Part shown: one piece after another, positions 1 to 8,215 of the stretch
Layout: every line of letters starts with the position of its first letter
Position numbering within the stretch: position 1 is the stretch's first letter
Source: an uncultured Candidatus Saccharibacteria bacterium
Lineage (GTDB): Bacteria; Patescibacteriota; Minisyncoccia; Phycocordibacterales; Phycocordibacteraceae
Assembly: GCA_964646315.1 (NCBI GenBank)
Contig: CAZYDN010000002.1
Location: forward strand, 962-64,961
Length of the DNA stretch: 64,000 nt
Direction of reading: 5' to 3'
The notes under the pieces: model-generated
The model's database searches: none
What the model was told of the DNA's origin: nothing
What the model saw: only the letters and a program-made list of their open reading frames with translations
Position numbers and translations under genes: made by a program

Positions 1-676
1 ATATCTCAAAGTTATATCGCGCATCAACTAGAGCCGTTTCTAATACATAAGATTGGCACTGATATAGCCTTTTTTCGGTATACAGAAGACAGCACGGCAG
101 GGGGGGCTAATGTTCATGGAGAAAGAACTTGAAGGACTGAAGTATTTACTGAAAGCCAAGTCTATACCGGATGAATTCTTCTATTTCTGGAATGACGCGA
201 TAAATACGCATAGCTATCCATCAAAGTTGTTGTTGATGTTTTCGGCAACTGAAGCGCTTGCACGCCATCGCGATAAAAAGGAATACAAGAAATATCCTTA
301 TTTAGAGAAGATATTAGGTAAGAAACTAGCAAAGGAGATATTTGCGGAGAGAAACGGGCTTAGAAATCGGTTAGCACATGGGGAATACTTTAATCCTAAA
401 GACGGAAAGAAGAATTACGTTGAAATAGTACATAAGCGAGTAATGGTTTATTTCAATGAGCAGGTTTTCAATAAACCAATCCTCGAGATTGACGTTGTTC
501 AGCCACAACGGCATCCTTTTGGAAACAAGAACGAATCTAAAAATTATATTCGCGCAAAGGCCTCAGCAGGAGAGTTAAAACTAAAATCTATTCTCAAAGA
601 TTTTGACGAAAACGGTATCCGCGGTTTGAAGGACTATGAGTATGAGTATGACAGGACACTTACTGGAAACTATTAG
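1..676 (+). CDS. HEPN-like (RxxxxH) protein, 5' partial, apparent frameshift at a G7 run
   Basis: ORF 110..676 has RNRLAH (Rx4H). Frame 1 is open from base 1 through the G7 run at 100-106; removing one G joins it to the 110 ORF. AT-rich relative to neighbours. Confidence 0.5.
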
Positions 677-941
677 CCAGCTGCATCTTCTTCACGAGCG
701 GCGGTAGCGGCTTCCGTTCTTCTCTTCCAAGTGCATCTTCTTCTGTTGCAATTTGTTCATCAGAAAATTGCATATCCTTCTTCTACCAAACTGTATCTTT
801 TTGACTAAAACTGAAGAAACGTCTCATCTCAACCGAGCCCCTGTAAAACTGCTCTAGCTACCTCGAGTATCAGTATTCTTCTCAATACTATTCCCCGAAA
901 TCAGTTCGAATCTTAAGAAACTTTTCGCTATACTTGTCTCT

Positions 942-1310
942 ATGAAGCCCGCTAGCGAAGCAACTTTAAAGCGCGTGTACGCAATGATCTTTGCGAAGGT
1001 ATATCCGATGTATATCACCAAGGCAGAGAAGAAGGGGCGAACGAAGGATGAGGTCGATGAAGTCATTCGTTGGCTCACAGGATACACTCAGAGAAAGCTT
1101 GAATCACAGATTAAAAAAGAGGTTACCTTCGAAGCGTTTTTCAAAGAAGCTTCTAAGCTTAATCCCAAACGAAAACTCATCACCGGCATGATTTGCGGTA
1201 TCCGTGTGGAGGATATCGAAGACAAAATTATGCGAGAGGTGCGCTACTTGGACAAGCTTGTTGATGAGCTAGCAAAGGGAAGACCTGTAGAGAAGATTCT
1301 GCGGAAATAG
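942..1310 (+). CDS. DUF2200 family protein
   Basis: [32 protein letters not shown]...[13 protein letters not shown] signature; TATACT 929-934 just upstream. Confidence 0.9.
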   Translation: MKPASEATLKRVYAMIFAKVYPMYITKAEKKGRTKDEVDEVIRWLTGYTQRKLESQIKKEVTFEAFFKEASKLNPKRKLITGMICGIRVEDIEDKIMREVRYLDKLVDELAKGRPVEKILRK

Positions 1311-1582
1311 GGACAGGCGTGCGTCAACAGAGTGCTCGCTGCTTACTAAGATAGCTGTTGCGACTAAAGTAGTCGTGAAGGATTTCCCAATAATTGTTCG
1401 AATATCGTCCCAGACGGCCAGCAATAACGAAAGGCTCCTGACCTCACTTCTTGAGCTAATCGAGTTGTAGAAACAGAAAACCGCCCAACGGACAATTTTC
1501 CGCTAGCGGTTTATTTTTCTCCTATTCTTGAAACGAGTAGGCGGACGGAGAGGGTCTCATCGTCCAATCCTATTGCGTTTAT

Positions 1583-1951
1583 TCAATCGTTGGAAACTTC
1601 CCCGTGACGTGGCTTTACGAGCCCAGACGCACGGTACTGGTTGGTGAGTGAAAAGAGATGAAAGAACCGCGGAAGGGTCAGTATGGCCAGTATCACTGCA
1701 ATGGAAACGCTCACTATGCGAGCGTTTCCATGCAATAGCATGGCGATGCTGGCCAGGGCGACGAGGAGGGCAGAAAGCTCGGCGCAGACTCGGATGAAGG
1801 GACTGGTCTTGAACATCTTCATCTTAGTCCGACTGACCTCGTCGCCTGTATAGATGAGCAGAAAAAAGGTGATGATCGCAAGGGTCCATAGGGGAGTGAA
1901 GAGCGCGACACATAAGCCGACACTCCTGACCCATACGGCTAGTTTCTTCAT
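1583..1951 (-). CDS. Orphan membrane protein in a stand-alone cassette
   Basis: About 3 hydrophobic segments; GGGAGG SD; TTGGAA-17-TAAGGT upstream on - strand. Confidence 0.6.
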   Translation of the reverse strand: MKKLAVWVRSVGLCVALFTPLWTLAIITFFLLIYTGDEVSRTKMKMFKTSPFIRVCAELSALLVALASIAMLLHGNARIVSVSIAVILAILTLPRFFHLFSLTNQYRASGLVKPRHGEVSND

Positions 1952-2195
1952 TTCGACCTCCCAGAGAATGAATCTGGTCGAACCTTAGCATGTTAATGAA
2001 AGGGTTCCAATATCATTCCTGACCCCATTCTATCTTCCTCACACATATGCCAAATTGGGGTTACGCCCTCGGACAGCAGCAAAGGAAGTTATTACAGTGG
2101 AGATAAACCCACGGCCGGTCCAGATGCTAGCCTGTAAGAAACGGCTATCTCTGTCGTCTTATATGACACACTCTTTGTATTTATAATTACCTCTC

Positions 2196-3314
2196 ATGAA
2201 GAAACTACTATTCCTATTCGCCTTCATCGCCGTACTCACTATGACCGCGCCCAGTGTGTCTTATGCGTGTAGTCCAGGGCCCGGCTACCCACCATCTGCT
2301 TCAGAGAATCTCACTAAGAGTGATGTGGCTTTTGTAGGTACGGTAAAAAGTGTTGCTCAGGACAAGAGTATAAACGGTGACTACCACGTCACTTTCGCTG
2401 TCGGCGAAACCTATAAGGGTTCTGTAGGTGAGACGGTGACGGTGCGTACTCGCTCGAGCTCTGCTGCATGCGGATACGACGACGGATATGCAGCATTCAA
2501 AGCTGGCACGGTATGGGCTATTTATGCAGACGGAAACGGAACTGACGGCTATTCTACCGACAGTCTTTCTCTAAACAAAAGCTACAGCTCGGTATCAGTG
2601 GCTACTAAAGCTATGGCCGCTCTTGGCTTCACTCCGGTAGACGAGGAAGAGCCAATGGCGTGTACTCTGCAGTACGCTCCTGTGTGCGGAAAGGCAGCCG
2701 ACAACACTATCAAGACGTATGGAAACTCTTGCGCACTTGCAGCAGGAAAAGCCACTCTTCTCTATGAGGGAGAGTGTAGTGTAGACGCACAAGCTCCAAA
2801 GAAAGACTTGCAGCATGGTAGTCGGGGAACAGACGTAACGTGGCTCCAGCACTTTCTTATAGGAAAGAATGTGGGGGCGGCGGCAAGAGCGCTTATGGCG
2901 GTAGGTACTACAGGCTACTTCGGTCAGCTCACTAAGAACGCCCTCGCGGAGTTTCAAGCTGCATTCACAATCACTCCTGCTCACGGATACTTTGGCGTAA
3001 AGACTCGTGCAGTAATAAACGGGAACCTACACACCCCGACGACATTCACCGGCAAACTTTCTGCAGTAGACACAAGCTGCTTTGCTGATGGAGTTTGTAG
3101 CGTTACGGTGGATGGCAAGAAAGTCATTCTTCTTACAGGTATGCGAATCAATATTCCTCCGGTCGGCTCAATTAAGGGAGTAGAGTCCATTGGCGACCTT
3201 GAGAGCAGGATTGGTTCTGAGGTAGAAGTGTACGCTGTCGCGACGGGGGAGAGTGGTGCAGACTACACCCTCTATGGAAGTACCTCGTACTATGTAAAAG
3301 TATTGGGGAAGTAG
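2196..3314 (+). CDS. Secreted protein: TIMP/NTR-like domain, Kazal domain, peptidoglycan-binding domain
   Basis: Signal peptide ending YA|CS; SDVAFVGTV...ACGY; Kazal CTLQYAPVCG..KTYGNSC..LYEGEC; PG-binding LQHGSRGTDVTWLQ...GYFG. Confidence 0.75.
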   Translation: MKKLLFLFAFIAVLTMTAPSVSYACSPGPGYPPSASENLTKSDVAFVGTVKSVAQDKSINGDYHVTFAVGETYKGSVGETVTVRTRSSSAACGYDDGYAAFKAGTVWAIYADGNGTDGYSTDSLSLNKSYSSVSVATKAMAALGFTPVDEEEPMACTLQYAPVCGKAADNTIKTYGNSCALAAGKATLLYEGECSVDAQAPKKDLQHGSRGTDVTWLQHFLIGKNVGAAARALMAVGTTGYFGQLTKNALAEFQAAFTITPAHGYFGVKTRAVINGNLHTPTTFTGKLSAVDTSCFADGVCSVTVDGKKVILLTGMRINIPPVGSIKGVESIGDLESRIGSEVEVYAVATGESGADYTLYGSTSYYVKVLGK

Positions 3315-3337
3315 AGGAACCTCAACGTACTTAAACA

Positions 3338-3365
3338 TTAAAACCGCCCGAAAGGGCGGTTTTAA
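3338..3365. terminator. Bidirectional intrinsic terminator
   Basis: TTAAAACCGCCC-GAAA-GGGCGGTTTTAA between convergent genes. Confidence 0.85.
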
Positions 3366-3413
3366 TTTTCTCAATTTAGGGATTGTTCTAGATGGCAAGG
3401 TTCTAAATGTGAA

Positions 3414-4430
3414 TTACTTGCTTCCTGGTGCCCTGGAGCGATCAACCGCAATTGCGTACTCTCGCATAATATCTTGAACACTGAACACTGCAATCCCGTA
3501 TCGCCACGAGTTCGCTTCTTTGGGTTCCACTATAGTTTGTGAACGTGCCTGATAGAACAGAAAGAATTCCTCCCCGATTATCCACGAGCTTGCGTGTCCA
3601 TTCTCACCGTTCTCCCATTCTTCCGTATTCTCTGTAGAGAGCACGGGGCCCAAGCTCACGTACGGACCCTTGATATCGTTGGCAATCGCAAAGAACACAC
3701 GCTGTCTTGTCCCGCGTCTCCCTTCAGCTAGAAAACAGGTGGCGTTCAGAAGAATTTTCCCATCGGGGAGGGGTACGACCTCTGGTCCCTCGATACCCCA
3801 TTCGTAATCTGGATGCTCGCGACCATTATGGTGCCACTCAATATCTTCGTGCCGTAAGATTGCCTTTACTCGTTTCCAGTGACCAGACCAATACTCCGTC
3901 GTGCTCTTCGCCAGATATACATCGGGCTGGGGAGCAGGGAACAGATGCGCAGTATCCGCCTTCCTGTCGGGTATGGCAGCGTACACCAGATATTTTCTTC
4001 CAGAAACGGTACAAAGCTGGGGGTCATATAAGCCTGACTCCATTTCACTCGTAGGGCGCATAAGTGTACGCATTTTGGTGAATATGTGCCCGTCTGCAGA
4101 CACCAGGTAGGCAATACCTCCACCAACATGTATGAAATCTTTCTGCACAGCCATGTGGAAAAGATGGTCATCAAAATCGTAAACCACAGATGGTGCCGCC
4201 ACATGAATACCATCGACGCCGCGAAGCACTGCAGGAGCTTGCTCTACCCACGGCCCCTCTATGGACGGGGCGGTTGCATGAAGTATTTCCCATTCCTCGC
4301 TTACGGTCGTACCGCCGGAACCATAGATATGCCAGGTAGTACCATCAAATGCTATACAGGGGTCTTTAACATCCTTAAAATGCGTGGAATCAAATAGAGG
4401 TCCTATTTTTCGTATGGGTGTAAGTGCCAT
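3414..4430 (-). CDS. Five-bladed beta-propeller glycoside hydrolase-like protein (GH43/GH32-like)
   Basis: VKDP, AAPSV, LYDP, IEGPEV and ENGHAS blade motifs. Confidence 0.65.
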   Translation of the reverse strand: MALTPIRKIGPLFDSTHFKDVKDPCIAFDGTTWHIYGSGGTTVSEEWEILHATAPSIEGPWVEQAPAVLRGVDGIHVAAPSVVYDFDDHLFHMAVQKDFIHVGGGIAYLVSADGHIFTKMRTLMRPTSEMESGLYDPQLCTVSGRKYLVYAAIPDRKADTAHLFPAPQPDVYLAKSTTEYWSGHWKRVKAILRHEDIEWHHNGREHPDYEWGIEGPEVVPLPDGKILLNATCFLAEGRRGTRQRVFFAIANDIKGPYVSLGPVLSTENTEEWENGENGHASSWIIGEEFFLFYQARSQTIVEPKEANSWRYGIAVFSVQDIMREYAIAVDRSRAPGSK

Positions 4431-4568
4431 ACCATCATTCTATCCTTTCAAAAAAATATTGTGCAAATACAACTTCAGGTCGCCTTCATAGTACGTTTGG
4501 TGTACTGAATTCTGCTCAACTACCCATTCTTTCCGTGCCATACTTTAGTAACTAATAATAAAATTGTC

Positions 4569-5045
4569 ATGATTTCAAAAAATACTATCTGTCTCTGGTT
4601 TGAAAAGGATGCATTAGACGCTGCAAATTTTTATGCAGCAACGTTCCCTGATAGCAAAGTAGGAGCAGTTTTTAATGCGCCCAGCGATTTCCCTGGAGGG
4701 AAGAAGGGCGACGTTCTGACTGTCGAATTTACCGTTTGCGGCATTCCTTGCATGGGTCTTAATGGTGGACCGGTGTTTCCCCAAACTGAGGCATTTTCCT
4801 TTCAAATCGCCACGGACTCTCAGGAAGAGACCGATCGTTATTGGAATGTAATCGTAGAGAACGGTGGCAAGGAGAGTGATTGTGGCTGGTGTAAAGATCG
4901 CTTTGGGGTCTCGTGGCAGATTACGCCGCGCACGTTAACTGAGGCGCTTGTAGCTGGCGGGGAAGAAGCGGAGCGGGCTTTTAACGCTATGATGACCATG
5001 CAGAAAATAGACGTAGCGACTATCGATGCTGCACGTAAGGGGTAA
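4569..5045 (+). CDS. VOC/PhnB-like protein (3-demethylubiquinone-9 3-methyltransferase domain)
   Basis: TICLWF, LNGGP, QEETDRYWN, CGWCKDRFGVSWQI. Confidence 0.9.
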   Translation: MISKNTICLWFEKDALDAANFYAATFPDSKVGAVFNAPSDFPGGKKGDVLTVEFTVCGIPCMGLNGGPVFPQTEAFSFQIATDSQEETDRYWNVIVENGGKESDCGWCKDRFGVSWQITPRTLTEALVAGGEEAERAFNAMMTMQKIDVATIDAARKG

Positions 5046-5194
5046 GAGAAGACTCTTATAATTGGCTTGTACATTAAGAATAGATAGTCTCTCTATTATT
5101 GTGTGCGGGCGTATGCCTCGCTTAGAGCAGGAGTGTCTTGAGCCAAAGGTATGTCCCAAGCAGATAGACTGCTGTAGTGGTCTATACTCTCTAT

Positions 5195-5833
5195 ATGAAA
5201 AGAATGTCCACCGTAGCGCTCTTGGTACTCGGAACGTCATTTTTGGGGATGCTGTTACTTATGCGGTTTGATCCGGACGACTTCGCGCGTCTCGATACTG
5301 CGGCAACTCTGTTTGCCCAGCAGTTTAATACATGGCAATCAGTGGCACCTCTTATCGCGATTACGACCCTTGGTGGTGTATCGGGCATACTCTTACTTAC
5401 AACGCTTGCCGTATTTCTCTCTCGCCGTGATTCACTCCAGGTAGCGCGCCTCATTTCTGTTGTGGCGGGGCAAGCGCTTAGTGTCTCATTCATTAAACTG
5501 TCTTTGGAGCGCGCACGTCCAGAAACCGTCGATTGGATTGGACCTATTCATTCCTATTCTTTTCCAAGTGGCCACGCGACAAGCACCATAGCTTTGGTGG
5601 GAGTAGTAGCTGTGTATATGTTTGCGCGTGCAAAGTCTAGATTGCATCAGGCTGCAATTGTATTGCTTGCAGTACTATTTGTGCTTAGTGTCGGAATGAG
5701 TCGGATTGCGTTAGGTGCTCATTACGCTTCAGATGTACTGGCGGGTTATTTGCTTGGTGGATTCTGGGTTGCGTTCGTGTTTACTCTCCAACCTCCTAAA
5801 AAATGGCGAAAACAAGACACATTATCTGAATAA
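5195..5833 (+). CDS. PAP2 family membrane phosphatase
   Basis: K..RARP, SFPSGH, SRIALGAHYASDV; start set by TATACT 5183-5188. Confidence 0.9.
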   Translation: MKRMSTVALLVLGTSFLGMLLLMRFDPDDFARLDTAATLFAQQFNTWQSVAPLIAITTLGGVSGILLLTTLAVFLSRRDSLQVARLISVVAGQALSVSFIKLSLERARPETVDWIGPIHSYSFPSGHATSTIALVGVVAVYMFARAKSRLHQAAIVLLAVLFVLSVGMSRIALGAHYASDVLAGYLLGGFWVAFVFTLQPPKKWRKQDTLSE

Positions 5834-5867
5834 ATATTCGCAAGTATCAAGTGTTACACTTTTGCAT

Positions 5868-6287
5868 ATGCCTACCTATAATCTCTGGATTACCGCAGTC
5901 TCAATGATTCTCTCAGTCGTACTGGGCTTTCTCTGGTACGGTCCGCTCTTTGGTAAGCAGTGGATGGAGCTTTCCGGTATAAAAATGCCCGAAGGAAAAC
6001 CTTCACTGCGCGTCATGATTAAACCTATTGTGCTGTCACTGGTGGGTTCATTTGTGCTGGTGTTTGGGTTGGCTTCAGTCACCGCGTTTCATAATGCGTA
6101 CTGGCACGTGACGGGGTATGCAACTGGATTATCTTTTGCTGTATTCCTCTGGCTTGCCTTTATTGTTCCGCCGTATTTGAACTTCACAGGATGGGAGGGA
6201 AAGCCATGGAAACTTTTCTTCATTAACTCAGGCTATTGGCTCGTCTACTTACTTTTGGTTTCTGTCCTTCTTACCACATTCGGCTAA
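5868..6287 (+). CDS. DUF1761 family membrane protein
   Basis: GFLWYGPLFGKQWM, WKLFFINSGY; start moved to ATG 5868 after TACACT 5855-5860. Confidence 0.85.
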   Translation: MPTYNLWITAVSMILSVVLGFLWYGPLFGKQWMELSGIKMPEGKPSLRVMIKPIVLSLVGSFVLVFGLASVTAFHNAYWHVTGYATGLSFAVFLWLAFIVPPYLNFTGWEGKPWKLFFINSGYWLVYLLLVSVLLTTFG

Positions 6288-6296
6288 ACTTTCTCC

Positions 6297-6884
6297 ATGA
6301 AGCTAAATCAAAAAAACATATCGATTCTCGTAATTCTTTTGTTACTTATTGTAGGTTTCTTTATTTGGAAACTGCAGATGCCTGGTAAAGCAGAGGAAAT
6401 TGTTTCGATGGATTTTAAAAATAGTACGTACCGCATTGAGGGTCAGCCGGTTCAATTACAGAATGGTCGTGCAGAGACAGAACTGGCTCCCGGTTCAGCT
6501 TCAAAAATGGTTACACAGTATTTCGGAAACGAACTTCGTACCGACCTTAATGGGGATGGACGCGAGGACGTGGTGTTTCTCCTAACTCAAGCACCGGGAG
6601 GAACAGGAGCCTTTTACTACGCCGTAGCGGCACTCAATACCCCCGAAGGCTGGAAGGGTTCCGATGGGTATTTGCTAGGCGACAGAATTGCCCCTCAGAC
6701 CACTGAAGTAAGTCAAAATCCAAAACATAAAAACGTTATCGTTGTAAACTATGCTGACCGTGAGGCTAGCGAGCCGATGACTACCGCGCCTTCAGTAGGG
6801 AAGAGTGCATACCTCAAACTTGATCCCAGCAGTATGCAGTGGGGAATAGTTGTGGCTAATTTCGAAGGAGAATCGGCGAGATAA
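6297..6884 (+). CDS. Membrane-anchored exported hypothetical protein
   Basis: N-terminal TM; DLNGDGRED Ca-loop-like motif; GGTGAFYY, LGDRI. Confidence 0.7.
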   Translation: MKLNQKNISILVILLLLIVGFFIWKLQMPGKAEEIVSMDFKNSTYRIEGQPVQLQNGRAETELAPGSASKMVTQYFGNELRTDLNGDGREDVVFLLTQAPGGTGAFYYAVAALNTPEGWKGSDGYLLGDRIAPQTTEVSQNPKHKNVIVVNYADREASEPMTTAPSVGKSAYLKLDPSSMQWGIVVANFEGESAR

Positions 6885-6887
6885 TAA

Positions 6888-6911
6888 AAGGAGGCGATTT
6901 CTCGCCTCCTT
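6888..6911. terminator. Bidirectional terminator
   Basis: AAGGAGGCGA-TTTC-TCGCCTCCTT. Confidence 0.8.
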
Positions 6912-6929
6912 AGTTTCGCTCAGCTTCGG

Positions 6930-7322
6930 TTATAAGAGTGTGCGGAACTGCACTTTCACACCGGAATGCGGACCTTTTCCCCACTGCGGAGTACGCAGGT
7001 GCTTCCGGAACAGATCCTGAATTTCAGGTGAGGGAAGCAGAGGAACTTGCACATGTGCGGTACACGGAAGACATACCTCGCCATCTACGTTCACCCACGC
7101 AATAGTTCGATCACAAGGACTGAAAATCTCAGCGCATTCCCGTAGATTGTTGAATCGAACCTTGAGCCACAGTCCCGTTTGGCTCGAAAGCTCAGCCGTG
7201 AGTGACTCCAAATTCCGTTGGAATTGCCCCACGTATCTGCTCCCGACACCCTCCCATGAACAAAACATGTTCAAGAGGTAGGCGACTGCCCGATTCCTAC
7301 GCCTTTTGGGTATTCTGAACAT
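6930..7322 (-). CDS. Orphan hypothetical protein
   Basis: AAGGGA SD before ATG 7322 (MFRIPKRRRN); fills the gap between + strand genes; no family recognised. Confidence 0.5.
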   Translation of the reverse strand: MFRIPKRRRNRAVAYLLNMFCSWEGVGSRYVGQFQRNLESLTAELSSQTGLWLKVRFNNLRECAEIFSPCDRTIAWVNVDGEVCLPCTAHVQVPLLPSPEIQDLFRKHLRTPQWGKGPHSGVKVQFRTLL

Positions 7323-7415
7323 TTCTGTTCCCTTCATTTGCTGGTCTCCTGGCACACTATCATTTGGACAAAGTAATGTATATGACTGATCGCATTTGCT
7401 ACAATTGACGCAATC

Positions 7416-7763
7416 ATGCCCTCACTTCGTACTCTAGAAGGTAAGAAAGCGTATCAAGAATATCTGGCACAAACACCAGTTTCTGGTACCTGCCCACTGT
7501 GTGAAAAGTTTGCTCTCCGGACCTTTAAATTATGGAAAATTGTGCCTAATGCTTTCCCATACGACGCAATCGCAAAAGAGCATCATATGCTTGTGCCGCT
7601 GCGTCACAGTACGGAAGCCGAACTGACTGTAGACGAAATTATGGAACTTTCAGGAATTAAGAATCATGCTGTAGATCAAGACTACGATTGGATTATTGAA
7701 GCGATGCCGAAGAATAAATCTATTGCCGATCACTTTCATTTGCACCTTATAGTGGGGAAGTAA
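7416..7763 (+). CDS. HIT-like protein
   Basis: CPLC, NAFPY, HHMLVP, HFHLH triad. Confidence 0.75.
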   Translation: MPSLRTLEGKKAYQEYLAQTPVSGTCPLCEKFALRTFKLWKIVPNAFPYDAIAKEHHMLVPLRHSTEAELTVDEIMELSGIKNHAVDQDYDWIIEAMPKNKSIADHFHLHLIVGK

Positions 7764-7822
7764 AAAACAGTAGGGTGAAGACTTCAGAAACCCTTCATGA
7801 AGGAGAGTGTATGATTATAGGT

Positions 7823-8152
7823 ATGATACTTTCACTTTTCGTTGGGTTTATTCTCGGGGGAGCTGCACTCCTATTTGCACTCCAAAACACGCAGACAGCC
7901 GCACTCACCTTTATGGGGTGGCAGTTCGAGAGCTCGCTCGCCGTTCTTATTATTGTGGCAATTATCGCGGGTATTCTCATAAGCATTCTTGCTACGCTCC
8001 CGTCTGCAGTGAACGCCAGTTTTAAAATCATGAGCCTTAAAAAAGAGAATAAGCGATTGGTAAGTGAAATAGAGGATCAGCAGCAGGCCAAAAGAAATGC
8101 ACAAATTCACTCAGAAAGAGCAGACGCGACTACTATTGACCTACGAAACTAG
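7823..8152 (+). CDS. LapA/DUF1049 family membrane protein
   Basis: LFALQN...LTFMGWQF...LAVLI plus coiled-coil tail; start could be 7811. Confidence 0.8.
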   Translation: MILSLFVGFILGGAALLFALQNTQTAALTFMGWQFESSLAVLIIVAIIAGILISILATLPSAVNASFKIMSLKKENKRLVSEIEDQQQAKRNAQIHSERADATTIDLRN

Positions 8153-8215
8153 AACCGTTCGATATTAGTTTTACGTGCTGGATTTGTTGTTGAGGCCCTT
8201 GCTATACTTTGAGGC

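Noticed and set aside
660-773. 37-aa - strand ORF (MQFSDEQIATEEDALG...) with repeated GCATCTTCTTC
   Set aside because: Short, overlaps the HEPN-like gene end, no family; may be a remnant but cannot be supported
2055-2160. Possible riboswitch upstream of the TIMP/Kazal gene
   Set aside because: Hairpins exist, but no match to c-di-GMP, ZTP, ykkC or SRP cores that I can verify; a -10-like TAGCCT lies within it
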